Positions 1 through 8,860 are shown, numbered from the stretch's first letter. The stretch: 55,073 bases of DNA from an uncultured virus (IMG/VR IMGVR_UViG_3300045911_000603) (IMGVR_UViG_3300045911_000603); one strand, 5' to 3'. A program made the numbers and translations. Notes: generated by a model not told the origin, from the sequence alone.

Positions 1-929
1 AAACCAACAAAGCTGCAACGCCGTTGCACGCTTGAGTGTAGAAGGCCCTGGTCGGAGGGCAATCCCAAACCGAAGGGCCGCCGGGGTGCCAGCCCGGAGG
101 AGTGTAGAAGGCCCTGGTCGGAGGGCAATCCCAAACGCGCAGACCGAGCATAAAAGCTCGTAGTCCAGTGTAGAAGGCCCTGGTCGGAGGGCAATCCCAA
201 ACCTCGTCACCGTTTCACTCGCTTATCCCGGGAGTGTAGAAGGCCCTGGTCGGAGGGCAATCCCAAACGCCCGACCCCGTGACCATGTGGACCGTGAAGT
301 GTAGAAGGCCCTGGTCGGAGGGCAATCCCAAACACAGCTGCTTCCACAGTCTCGGGCGAGACCAGTGTAGAAGGCCCTGGTCGGAGGGCAATCCCAAACC
401 ACCCGTTCCAGGCCTGCGGCCCGGTTGCGAGTGTAGAAGGCCCTGGTCGGAGGGCAATCCCAAACCAAATCGTTGAATTTCTTGACGGGGATGTCAGTGT
501 AGAAGGCCCTGGTCGGAGGGCAATCCCAAACTACGTCAAGCGTAGGGGAAGAATCAGAGATTAGTGTAGAAGGCCCTGGTCGGAGGGCAATCCCAAACTT
601 CCGGGTCCGGCTGCCGTCCGGAATGGAGAGTATAGAAGGCCCTGGTCGGAGGGCAATCCCAAACGATTTGGCCGCCGTGCGGAAAGCGGTGGGGAAGTAT
701 AGAAGGCCCTGGTCGGAGGGCAATCCCAAACGCACTTCTCGAAGCGGCACTTCGCCATCCAAGTATAGAAGGCCCTGGTCGGAGGGCAATCCCAAACGCA
801 GTCAACGGCGCAACCGAGCCGCTCGCGAGTATAGAAGGCCCTGGTCGGAGGGCAATCCCAAACACTGCTCGGGATTGCTAGCGATTCGCTGCAAGTATAG
901 AAGGCCATGGTCGGAGGGCAATCCCAAAC
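1..929. CRISPR. CRISPR array, 36-bp repeat AGTRTAGAAGGCCCTGGTCGGAGGGCAATCCCAAAC; 14 full repeats plus a partial one at the window edge, 14 spacers of 29-31 bp
   Basis: Repeats start at 35, 101, 167, 233, 298, 364, 430, 496, 563 (AGTGTAG variant) and 629, 696, 762, 828, 894 (AGTATAG variant). The last copy has an extra C>A change. Bases 1-4 (AAAC) are the end of a further repeat, so the array continues off the window. Confidence 0.99.
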
Positions 930-1351
930 GTTATTATCCCTGCGGCTAGAAAGAAGTAACCTTGGTAATTTGGTAATGGGGTTGCCGTGCCCTCGACGAT
1001 GCCGAGAAGTTGGGCATTGTTCGTGCTGATGGCCCGTCTCACGCTGTATGTGTGTTCTTGGCCCTTTAAATCTTTTACCGTTTTCTCAATTGCGAGGATG
1101 ACGTTGAATTCGCTCACCTCGATGTGACCTTCGGGGTTGGCGAGCCATTCCTGGGCAAAAGCCTCGTCGGCTTCGTATACGTATTTCAGCCAGACATTGG
1201 CCAATCCAGTGATGAAAAGGCTGCCTGCAAGTGCCGCAAAGATTAATTTTGAACGGTCAAGATGTTGATCTCCAAAGAGGTAGTTCCCGGTGTAAATGCC
1301 CATTATGAGTAGGACGAACGCGATGAGTAGGATTATGAGGAGAGCGGTCAT
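878..1351 (-). CDS. Membrane protein (about 3 hydrophobic segments) whose C-terminus is encoded by the terminal CRISPR repeat and spacer
   Basis: 157-aa ORF with hydrophobic stretches ALLIILLIAFVLLIMG, LIFAALAGSLFITGLA and YFFLAAGIITFGIAL. Confidence 0.7.
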   Translation of the reverse strand: MTALLIILLIAFVLLIMGIYTGNYLFGDQHLDRSKLIFAALAGSLFITGLANVWLKYVYEADEAFAQEWLANPEGHIEVSEFNVILAIEKTVKDLKGQEHTYSVRRAISTNNAQLLGIVEGTATPLPNYQGYFFLAAGIITFGIALRPWPSILAANR

Positions 1352-1396
1352 TGTAGGGATGCAAGCGAATTATTCATTCAACGAAACGCGGCGCGA

Positions 1397-1720
1397 TTAA
1401 ACCGCAACCTTTTCTCCCTCGACGATCATGTGGGCCGTGATGCTCAATCCGGCTTGGGGTAGGTGCGCCAATTCGCACACCTTTTGGTCGGCCAGCTCCT
1501 CGAACAACTTGTCGAGCGGGAAGTCGCCGGTAGCCTTGAGCAGGATTTCGGCGCAGGAGAAGGTAAGCAGCACCCCGTCAGGACGCCGATTCATGTGAAC
1601 CAGGTGCATGTATGGCACCGCAAATCGCTTGTCCTCCCCCAAGCGCACAGTCAACGCAAGGGAGCGTTCTTCCGGTTTCGTCGTCCAGGTTTTGATGCTC
1701 TTGCTTGGAGGGGTGGCCAT
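1397..1720 (-). CDS. Hypothetical protein
   Basis: 107-aa ATG ORF with protein-like composition, co-oriented with its neighbours. Confidence 0.7.
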   Translation of the reverse strand: MATPPSKSIKTWTTKPEERSLALTVRLGEDKRFAVPYMHLVHMNRRPDGVLLTFSCAEILLKATGDFPLDKLFEELADQKVCELAHLPQAGLSITAHMIVEGEKVAV

Positions 1721-2021
1721 GAATGTGGGATTGACTCGCCGCTAATTATTGTTGAGTGTCACACCCTGCACTGTGAGTGGGTTATCTGCCTATGCCGTGA
1801 AGGATAAATCCTCGGCCTCCTCGCATTCTTTCTCATCACAGACCAAGGATGCCGAAGGGAGGCTTTTTTGCCCTGCCAACAAGCAGGCACTCCTCCCAGC
1901 CTCAACCTGGCGCACTTGGCGCACTTGGATCATTTGGTTCAGTCGGTTCAGCCTAACGGCCCCACGGCGCAAATGGCCGCGCAGCGACTCGGCCAAGGCG
2001 TGGCAGGAACGCCGGAAAGCG

Positions 2022-2207
2022 TCAGGACTCGGCAGCTTTTTCCACAATGACATCGGGTTCAAAATCAAGGCTATCTTCGTCAATATCGACATCGAGCAAG
2101 GGCAAGCCTCGGTTGATGCCGGTTTTAATCCACCGCATTCCAGCACAGTAAAACTCATCTCCGGGCATCAATTCCCCGAAGGTCACTGTGAAGGTTGATT
2201 CTGGCAT
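2022..2207 (-). CDS. Small hypothetical protein
   Basis: 61-aa ATG ORF with the operator-like motif immediately upstream. Confidence 0.5.
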   Translation of the reverse strand: MPESTFTVTFGELMPGDEFYCAGMRWIKTGINRGLPLLDVDIDEDSLDFEPDVIVEKAAES

Positions 2208-2208
2208 G

Positions 2209-2224
2209 ACTCAACTTTTTTAGT
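2209..2224. promoter_or_regulatory. Operator-like 16-bp motif (degenerate copy) in a divergent intergenic region
   Basis: ACTCAACTTTTTTAGT, 2 mismatches to ACTCAACWWGTTGAGT. Confidence 0.45.
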
Positions 2225-2801
2225 GACTTTTCACATTTTGACAAGTAAAGAAATGATTAATCTCACCACCGTGTCCAACCAAAATACACCAGATGATCGC
2301 TACCTAGACGATCTGCTCAAAAACCCAATCCGCATCCTTTCGGACAAGTTTGTTCGCCCCCGGTTTGCGGCCCTGGTGGAAATCATGCGCAAGGAAAACC
2401 GGGATGTGATCCTCTACCACCAGCGCGACTACATGAGTCTGTGGCAGAACGGCAAACGCCGGGGGATTTCGTTTTGGGCCAGGAAGGTGGATCATTCAAC
2501 GTGGATTTTTCGCATCCGCAAGGGTAAGGCGAAAAAGAGTCCACTCCTCAACATCCCCCGCCGCTACAAAATTGGCACCACCAAGTTGTCCGATGGCTCG
2601 GTCGTGCTCACGGAACGCATGGCTGCCAAATGGGCAGGACGGCGAATGAGCAAAAAAGCCCAGGCCCAATATGCGGAGGAGATTCTCGCCGGGAAAAAGG
2701 ACCCCAAAGAGGGACGCTTTCACCCAGACTTCCGCGAACGCGAGTTCAACAGGCGCAAGAGGAAACCGCAAACTCCAGCGGAACAAAAGCCCGAATCATG
2801 A
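2223..2801 (+). CDS. Basic hypothetical protein (start uncertain)
   Basis: 192-aa K/R-rich ORF whose stop overlaps the topB ATG (ATGA coupling). Confidence 0.7.
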   Translation: MTFHILTSKEMINLTTVSNQNTPDDRYLDDLLKNPIRILSDKFVRPRFAALVEIMRKENRDVILYHQRDYMSLWQNGKRRGISFWARKVDHSTWIFRIRKGKAKKSPLLNIPRRYKIGTTKLSDGSVVLTERMAAKWAGRRMSKKAQAQYAEEILAGKKDPKEGRFHPDFREREFNRRKRKPQTPAEQKPES

Positions 2802-5236
2802 GCCGGGAAACCATCTTTCTCTGCGAAAAACCAAGCCAAGCCCGCGATATTGCGGGTGTTCTTGGCGTGCTTGGTGGCGCAAAGCAGGATGGTTTTATTC
2901 CCACCAAGCAAGGCATCGTAACCTGGGCCATCGGGCATCTGTTGCAGCTTTGCGATCCCGATGAAATTGATCCGCAATGGGCAGGAGGATGGAGCCTGGA
3001 CAATCTGCCAATCGCTCCATCCTCATTCCCTGTGAAGCCGAACCCGAAAACGAAATCACAGCTCAATGTCATCAAAAAGCTTCTCAAAACGTCTAATCGC
3101 GTCGTGATCGCAACCGATGCCGACAGGGAAGGCGAAATGATTGCCCGCGAACTGCTCGACTACTGCCAATGGAAAGGCCAAATCGAACGGCTTTGGCTTT
3201 CGGCTCTGGATGAAGCCAGCATCCGCAAGGCCTTGGCCAATCTGCGGGCGGGGGAATCCACGGCCCCCCTTTATTACGCTGCCCTCTCTCGTTCCCGCGC
3301 CGATTGGCTTGTGGGCATGAACTTCACCCGAGCCTACACCGCCGCCATGGGACGGGGCGGGAAAACCTACTCGGTCGGACGGGTCCAGACTCCCACCCTG
3401 GCTTTGGTGGTTCGCCGCGACCGCGCCATTGAGGAATTTCGCCCAACGGATTATTTCACCCTCAAGGCAATGGCTCATCCGCAGGGCGCGGAGTCATTCG
3501 CCATGTTTCATCGGCCCGAGGAGAAAATCCTCGACCAAGCCAAGGCCAAGACCTTGGCGCAAGCAGCCGAAGGTGCTTCCGGATTGCTCAAGGTAGCCCG
3601 CAGCAAGAAAAGCACCAGCCCACCCAGGCTGTTTTCCCTCTCCACCTTTACCAAGGCCGCAAACGCTGCTTTCGGGTGGAGTGCCAAGCAATGCCTCGAC
3701 ATTGCGCAGTCTCTCTACGAAACGCATAAAGCGACGACCTACCCACGCTCCGATTGTGAGTATCTGCCCAACGAGCAGGAGTCCGATGTTCCGCAGATCG
3801 TCAAGCACGCCTTGGATGTCGCCGGTGCATGCAAACTCGAACTCGACGAGTCCAGCCGCAAACAACTTGCCTCCGCGCCCATCATCCGCAAAACGGTCTT
3901 TTGCACCGCAAAGGTAACGGCCCACCACGCCATCATTCCCACCACGGTCAAGCCCGACCTCGGAAGGATGAATGACAACGAGCGCAAAGCCTACGGGCTG
4001 ATCCTCGCCCGCTACCTGGCCAATCTCCTGCCAGACTACGAATACGAGGCCACCCGCATCTCCATGCAGGCCGCCGGACTGGAGTTTGTGGCCTCTGGCA
4101 GTGTGCCATTGGTCATGGGCTGGCAATCACTTTTTGCTGCCAGCGATACCGACGAACCCCGTCTGCCGAATGTGCAGGATGGAACCAAAGCAACTCTGCG
4201 CTCGGTCCAAGTAGAGCAGAAAAAAACCGAACCACCCCCGCGCTACACCGAGGGAAGCCTCATTGAGGACATGAAAAGCGTGGGCAAGTTCGTGGAAGAT
4301 CCCGAACTCAAAAAGCGTCTCAAGGAAAACTCTGGAATCGGCACGGAGGCCACCCGAGCCAATATCATCGCCACGCTCTTTTCTCGCGGCTTTATCGAAA
4401 CCAAAAAGCAGGGCAAGAAGGCAGTCATTATCTCCACTCCTACGGGGCGAGAATTTCTCGACATATTGGAACGCACCCTTCCCGCGCTGGCCGACCCTGC
4501 CCGCACCGCCATTTGGGAAACCGAACTCGAAGAAATCGCCTCCGGCTCCACCTCCCATCTGCCATTCGTGCGCAACATCATCAAAGAAATCTCCGATCAA
4601 ATCAACGCACTCAAAAACCACCGCAAAACCATGTCCAAACAACTCAATCTCAAGTGCCCGAAATCGGGCGAACCGATCCTTGAATACGAAACCACTTATG
4701 TGTTCCCCGGCTACCCGGAGGCCAGTTTTCCCAAGGTGGTGGCCCAACGCAAGATCACTCCCGAGGAAATGCTCCAAATCGTAACCGACGGCATCGGCCC
4801 GGAAATGGAGGGGTTTATCTCCAAGTCCAAGAAACCCTTCAAGGCCCGCCTGCGCTTTGATCCCAACCGGCAATACAACGGCAAGCCTTCGCCCGGCATT
4901 ACTTTCGACTTTGGGAGTTCTCCCTCCGAAAGCGGGGGAGGGGGCAAGGAACTTGATCTCAAGTGCCCCAAAACCGGCCAACCCATCAAGGATGTTGGAG
5001 ATGCCTTTGCCTTCGGGGTCGCGGGGCTTTACGGGCGAAAAACCCTCTTGGAAAGGCCCATGTCCGTCCAAGACTATATCGCCGTCCTGGAGAATCCCGA
5101 GGGGGTGGAGTTTGACGGGTTCCGCAGCAAGAAAACGGGCAAGACTTTTTCCGCCACGGTGGTGTTCGTGGCGAAATCCAAGTTCAATGGAAAACCAGGA
5201 TTCGAGTTCGAGTTTGGAAAGGAATCGCGTGAGTGA
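2798..5236 (+). CDS. topB: DNA topoisomerase III (type IA) with two C-terminal Toprim_Crpt-like repeats
   Basis: CEKPSQARDIA, ATDADREGE, SVGRVQTPTL, catalytic TYPRSD, HHAIIPT and GIGTEATRA motifs; two KCPK..G...GF.SK repeats. Confidence 0.95.
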   Translation: MSRETIFLCEKPSQARDIAGVLGVLGGAKQDGFIPTKQGIVTWAIGHLLQLCDPDEIDPQWAGGWSLDNLPIAPSSFPVKPNPKTKSQLNVIKKLLKTSNRVVIATDADREGEMIARELLDYCQWKGQIERLWLSALDEASIRKALANLRAGESTAPLYYAALSRSRADWLVGMNFTRAYTAAMGRGGKTYSVGRVQTPTLALVVRRDRAIEEFRPTDYFTLKAMAHPQGAESFAMFHRPEEKILDQAKAKTLAQAAEGASGLLKVARSKKSTSPPRLFSLSTFTKAANAAFGWSAKQCLDIAQSLYETHKATTYPRSDCEYLPNEQESDVPQIVKHALDVAGACKLELDESSRKQLASAPIIRKTVFCTAKVTAHHAIIPTTVKPDLGRMNDNERKAYGLILARYLANLLPDYEYEATRISMQAAGLEFVASGSVPLVMGWQSLFAASDTDEPRLPNVQDGTKATLRSVQVEQKKTEPPPRYTEGSLIEDMKSVGKFVEDPELKKRLKENSGIGTEATRANIIATLFSRGFIETKKQGKKAVIISTPTGREFLDILERTLPALADPARTAIWETELEEIASGSTSHLPFVRNIIKEISDQINALKNHRKTMSKQLNLKCPKSGEPILEYETTYVFPGYPEASFPKVVAQRKITPEEMLQIVTDGIGPEMEGFISKSKKPFKARLRFDPNRQYNGKPSPGITFDFGSSPSESGGGGKELDLKCPKTGQPIKDVGDAFAFGVAGLYGRKTLLERPMSVQDYIAVLENPEGVEFDGFRSKKTGKTFSATVVFVAKSKFNGKPGFEFEFGKESRE

Positions 5237-5480
5237 GGATCCCGCCATCTACCGCTCCCCGGTTGAGTCCCAACCGGGCAAGCCCCGGGTTGCCCCCATT
5301 GAGCAGGAGGCCCGACGCATGTTTGCGTGCGCTGCCCTGAGTGCGCTCATCGGCAAGTCAACCTACCCCGAGGGAAGTCTCGAAAAACTAACCCGCCTCG
5401 CGTTTGAGTTTGCCGACAAAATGATGGAGGAGGAGAGGATCAACTGGAGCGAGGAAAACCAATCCACCCGCAGTAGGTAA
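5229..5480 (+). CDS. Small phage/plasmid-type hypothetical protein
   Basis: GTG start overlapping the topB end; FACAALSAL...AFEFADKMM pattern typical of small mobile-element proteins. Confidence 0.6.
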   Translation: MSEDPAIYRSPVESQPGKPRVAPIEQEARRMFACAALSALIGKSTYPEGSLEKLTRLAFEFADKMMEEERINWSEENQSTRSR

Positions 5481-5512
5481 CCAGCTTATCCTGTGGTCAA
5501 CGATGCCACCCC

Positions 5513-5836
5513 GTGGAAACACCGCATCCAACGCAGTCGGGTCTATGGATCATCGGGCAGCCCTTGCTCGATCCTCGCCTCATTCCGCATGACAAGGCTG
5601 CGGCGACTTTATTTTGGCAGGTGCCTTTGGGCTACGCCACGCTCTTTCCTGCCAGGGAGTATTTCTGCGTGCAGGCAATTCTCGATGGAAAGGTCGCGCA
5701 GATCGAAAACCTGTGGATCCGGGCGGAAAACGGCGCGGTTCTCGTGAGCCAGGGCAACTCGGTTTTGCGCCGCTATCAAACAGAGGATTTTTCCGGCGCG
5801 TTGTTCGATTGGGTGCGGCAAAGGCAAGAACCGTGA
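5513..5836 (+). CDS. Hypothetical protein
   Basis: 107-aa ORF, GTGA-coupled to the next gene. Confidence 0.55.
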   Translation: METPHPTQSGLWIIGQPLLDPRLIPHDKAAATLFWQVPLGYATLFPAREYFCVQAILDGKVAQIENLWIRAENGAVLVSQGNSVLRRYQTEDFSGALFDWVRQRQEP

Positions 5837-6198
5837 ATTGCGTCACTCTCAGCGGCAAGGTGTCCGGCAATCCGAAAGTAATGCAAGATCCTTCGGGGAG
5901 ATTGCTTATGGCCGAGTTCCGCCTCGTGGACACCGGCCTGCTCATGGATGTGGTGGTGCCCTGCGATGTGGCCGAGCCGATTGCTCCCTGGTTGCGCAAC
6001 GGGCAACGTGTTGTGGTGCAAGGCTCCCTGCTGGTCGTTTTCTACGTCGAACGATCCTCTGGCCTCAAGCAATCCCGCGCAAGAATCAGAGCCAGGGAAA
6101 TCCTGCGCCTCCAAGAGGAAGGCGAACAACCAAACAAGGGAGGCATGGCGATGAAAGCCAAGGAATCCTTTCACCTCGCAGCCTCGTCCAATCTATGA
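5833..6198 (+). CDS. Divergent single-stranded DNA-binding (OB-fold) protein
   Basis: NCVTLSGKV...LRNGQRVVVQGSL...RIRAREI follows the SSB pattern; no acidic tail. Confidence 0.75.
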   Translation: MNCVTLSGKVSGNPKVMQDPSGRLLMAEFRLVDTGLLMDVVVPCDVAEPIAPWLRNGQRVVVQGSLLVVFYVERSSGLKQSRARIRAREILRLQEEGEQPNKGGMAMKAKESFHLAASSNL

Positions 6199-6635
6199 CC
6201 TGGAAAAGCCATACCACGGTAACCGGAGCATGGGCTTTCGCTCTGACCTCCGATCCAGGACTAACTGCCGCTGCTGTGGCCGGAAGCGTTCTGCCGGACG
6301 CAATCGAAATTGTGTTCCCTTTTCTCAAGCACCGAGGCAACACGCATGCCCTGGTTCTTTGGATCGCAGTCCTTGCGCTGATTCCGCTTGCCGGATTGGC
6401 TACACCGCTCTGGCCGTATGCCTTTGCTTTCGTGGCCGGAGGACTCGCTCATGTGGTCGAGGATGCGTTTTCTGTGACGGGAGTTCCTATTCTCCCAAGC
6501 GCGGTCGGCTCCGGCCCGCAACTACGTATTCCTCTTTACCGCACCGGCAAGCCAAGTGAGTTGCTTTTCAGCCTCACTCTCATTGCCTTGGCCGTTGGTT
6601 TTGCCAGTTCCTCTCTCCACAAGGTGTTGGGCTAG
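6195..6635 (+). CDS. YdjM-like membrane metal-dependent hydrolase
   Basis: SH, GSVLPD, HRGNTH and HVVED..TGVP motifs plus TM segments. Confidence 0.85.
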   Translation: MTWKSHTTVTGAWAFALTSDPGLTAAAVAGSVLPDAIEIVFPFLKHRGNTHALVLWIAVLALIPLAGLATPLWPYAFAFVAGGLAHVVEDAFSVTGVPILPSAVGSGPQLRIPLYRTGKPSELLFSLTLIALAVGFASSSLHKVLG

Positions 6636-6681
6636 TTCTCAAGGCCCACGTTGGCCTCGGAGGTCATGCGTATTATCAGGT

Positions 6682-6858
6682 ATGCAAACCTTCAAAATCA
6701 CCTACTCGTTCGGGCAAATGGACCCCACCCGCCGCATCGCAGAGATCACGCTCGCGCCGGGCTACACGGTGGGCCAAGCCGCCAGCATTTTTGCTGCGCG
6801 CATGGATTGTCGTTTTCTGCAAATCCACGAAATCTGCAATCTTATATGCCAACACTAA
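6682..6858 (+). CDS. Small hypothetical protein
   Basis: ATG ORF filling the gap and overlapping the next start. Confidence 0.45.
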   Translation: MQTFKITYSFGQMDPTRRIAEITLAPGYTVGQAASIFAARMDCRFLQIHEICNLICQH

Positions 6859-7829
6859 AACAGTTGGATCAAGCCGCAGAAAGGCTTGCGGAATTTGCGG
6901 GCAAGGACTGCTGCCCGCAGTATCTTTTCTGGCTCGCAGAGAATGCGAGCCGTCGTCCGCAGGACTGGGGATTTCCCCGGTCCTACGCATGGCGTCCCAA
7001 CTGGCTACAGCATGACATCCGCCGGGAGGTCTCCAGAGTGCTATGGCGTCTCCCCACCCATCCGTCAAGGGTGGCGCGGGAGTTCCGCTATCTCCCGTTC
7101 CGCATTCTTGCGGAGATCGCGGACGGTTTTATTCATTTGACGTGGCCCCACGCTCCGTCCTCAAAAATCCGCCACGAGTGGCTGGCGGCATGTTCTGCCA
7201 ACCGTCAATTTGGCGGCAAAGAATGGCGGGACTGGCTCAACAACCCGCTCCGGTGGGTTTGCCGCCACTGCCCTATCGGAAGCTATTACCCCCGCTCCCT
7301 GCTCATCGCGCAATGGCTCGAAGAGAAGAAGGGGTGGAAGGGTTGGACAAAGGGGATGTCTTTGGGATATGCGCCAGACGGACAGCCAATTACAATTCGC
7401 CCGGTCGAGTTGCTGGATGAGGTTTTCGATGATGACCTTACGGCCGGCATCAAAACCAACCCGGAGCGTGTTTTTCGGGCGGTATTGAAACGCAAGTCCG
7501 AGGCCGAGTTGGCGCGGATCGCCTACGAGAACGCTCCCTTCCCGGAAATGCCGTGGACGGAAATTCCCGGGGTGGAACAAATCCGCTACGCCCGTGACCT
7601 TGTGGCTGAAGGAGAACGCATGAAACATTGTGTCGGGGGTTATGCCGACCACTGCCGCCGTGGTGGGTGTTATATCCTCCGTCTGCCACACAGCACGGCA
7701 GAAATCCTTCCTGACGGCAAGGTCTATCAGCACCGGAGCTATCAAAATTCTGAGCCTACTCAAAAAGACCAAGAATTGCTGGCCCGGTGGCTGGCAAATA
7801 GAAAAACAAAACAACCTAAAACCAACTGA
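6846..7829 (+). CDS. PcfJ-like domain protein
   Basis: C-terminal LVAEGERMKHCVGGY motif followed by a Q.R...N motif. Confidence 0.8.
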   Translation: MPTLKQLDQAAERLAEFAGKDCCPQYLFWLAENASRRPQDWGFPRSYAWRPNWLQHDIRREVSRVLWRLPTHPSRVAREFRYLPFRILAEIADGFIHLTWPHAPSSKIRHEWLAACSANRQFGGKEWRDWLNNPLRWVCRHCPIGSYYPRSLLIAQWLEEKKGWKGWTKGMSLGYAPDGQPITIRPVELLDEVFDDDLTAGIKTNPERVFRAVLKRKSEAELARIAYENAPFPEMPWTEIPGVEQIRYARDLVAEGERMKHCVGGYADHCRRGGCYILRLPHSTAEILPDGKVYQHRSYQNSEPTQKDQELLARWLANRKTKQPKTN

Positions 7830-7833
7830 AAAT

Positions 7834-7962
7834 ATGAAAATCAACCGAATCATTAACCACGCCCGCTTTACGTGGGCACACATGCCCACTTGGGCAAAGA
7901 TTTGCGACGGCATTATTGTTGCAGCCATTGTTGCTGCCGTAATTGCGCGTCGCCTCAAATAA
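7834..7962 (+). CDS. Small membrane peptide
   Basis: 42-aa ORF with a hydrophobic C-terminal helix after an A/C-rich leader. Confidence 0.4.
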   Translation: MKINRIINHARFTWAHMPTWAKICDGIIVAAIVAAVIARRLK

Positions 7963-7989
7963 ACCAACCAACCAACCAAACCTACAAAT

Positions 7990-8397
7990 ATGAAAAAAGC
8001 CATCTGGTTCTCCCGGCACCAGCCAACAGCCGGGCAAATTGAGGACGCGGCCCGGATGGGCTACGCCCTCGAAGTCACGCCCGAGGGGACGACCCTTGGG
8101 GCAATGGACCTCCGCGACAACGGCGACGTGCTCGCCTGCGTCTCGGGGTTGCTGGGCCATTGCGCCGCGCAGGGCGCGACCGCCATATTCGGGGTTTTCG
8201 CCGCCCCGATCCTTGCCCAAATCGCGAGGACGTCCGAGGACGTCCGGCAGCGGGGAGAAATCACCGAAGGAGACATCCCGTGCTTCGCCGCCTGGAACGT
8301 CATGCGTTCGCAGGAGGGCGGCAAGCCCACTTTCGAGCACAAGCAATGGTTGGGCATTGGACGGATCAACCAGGATTCCTGCCGCTGGTTGAAATGA
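7990..8397 (+). CDS. Hypothetical protein
   Basis: 135-aa ATG ORF after an (AACC)n leader; coupled to the next gene. Confidence 0.75.
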   Translation: MKKAIWFSRHQPTAGQIEDAARMGYALEVTPEGTTLGAMDLRDNGDVLACVSGLLGHCAAQGATAIFGVFAAPILAQIARTSEDVRQRGEITEGDIPCFAAWNVMRSQEGGKPTFEHKQWLGIGRINQDSCRWLK

Positions 8398-8774
8398 ACA
8401 TAAGCCAGAAGATCGAAGATGCGGTCCGCGCCCTGATGGAGTTGGGCGTTGCGACCGAGGATCAAGCCCGGCTGTGGATCCAAGAGCAGATTCGCTTGCG
8501 CGGGGAGGAGGCTGGGATTGCCAGAGCGCACAGGGAAGTGCGCTGGCAGAAACTGGTCCACAAGGTGGCCGATGCCCTCGGATCGAGAGCGAGCAAGTCC
8601 GTTTGGGACGAAGAAGACGAGGGGTTTCGGATCGTCAGAAAGGGGATCGATGTAGTGGTGTGGCTCAATGCCAAGATTGACGAGGGGCTGTCTGACGCGG
8701 AGATTCTCGAAGCCGCCCGCCGAACAGGGGCGTCGGGCGATCCGCGCCGCCGCCCGTCTCGCGTGGTGGCATGA
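8394..8774 (+). CDS. Hypothetical protein
   Basis: ATGA-coupled ORF starting MNISQKIEDAVRAL. Confidence 0.65.
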   Translation: MNISQKIEDAVRALMELGVATEDQARLWIQEQIRLRGEEAGIARAHREVRWQKLVHKVADALGSRASKSVWDEEDEGFRIVRKGIDVVVWLNAKIDEGLSDAEILEAARRTGASGDPRRRPSRVVA

Positions 8775-8819
8775 AAACTTTGCCGAAAGGCACTGGAGAC
8801 TGCTTGGCGGTCGAACTAC

Positions 8820-8860
8820 CACAGAGCCCGCGCCGGAGCAATCCGGCGCGTGCCTCTGTG
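8820..8860 (+). terminator. Strong GC hairpin (GCAA tetraloop), possible terminator or structured RNA
   Basis: CACAGAG..CGCGCCGGA-GCAA-TCCGGCGCG..CTCTGTG; no clear U-tract. Confidence 0.45.

Noticed and set aside
215..949. Several repetitive ORFs on both strands
   Set aside because: They are translations of the CRISPR repeat-spacer units.
1722..1741. Possible anti-repeat or tracrRNA (TGGGATTG shared with the repeat)
   Set aside because: Only an 8-bp core, expected by chance, and it runs straight into a coding start.
4127..5248. Long antisense ORFs (also 21807-22835, 44414-45661 and others)
   Set aside because: Shadow frames of GC-rich genes that have clear motifs on the opposite strand.
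7962..7985. (AACC)n run as an iteron or functional repeat
   Set aside because: Short, and similar A/C-rich leaders precede other genes (11620-11655, 33915-33950); likely unstructured translation leaders.
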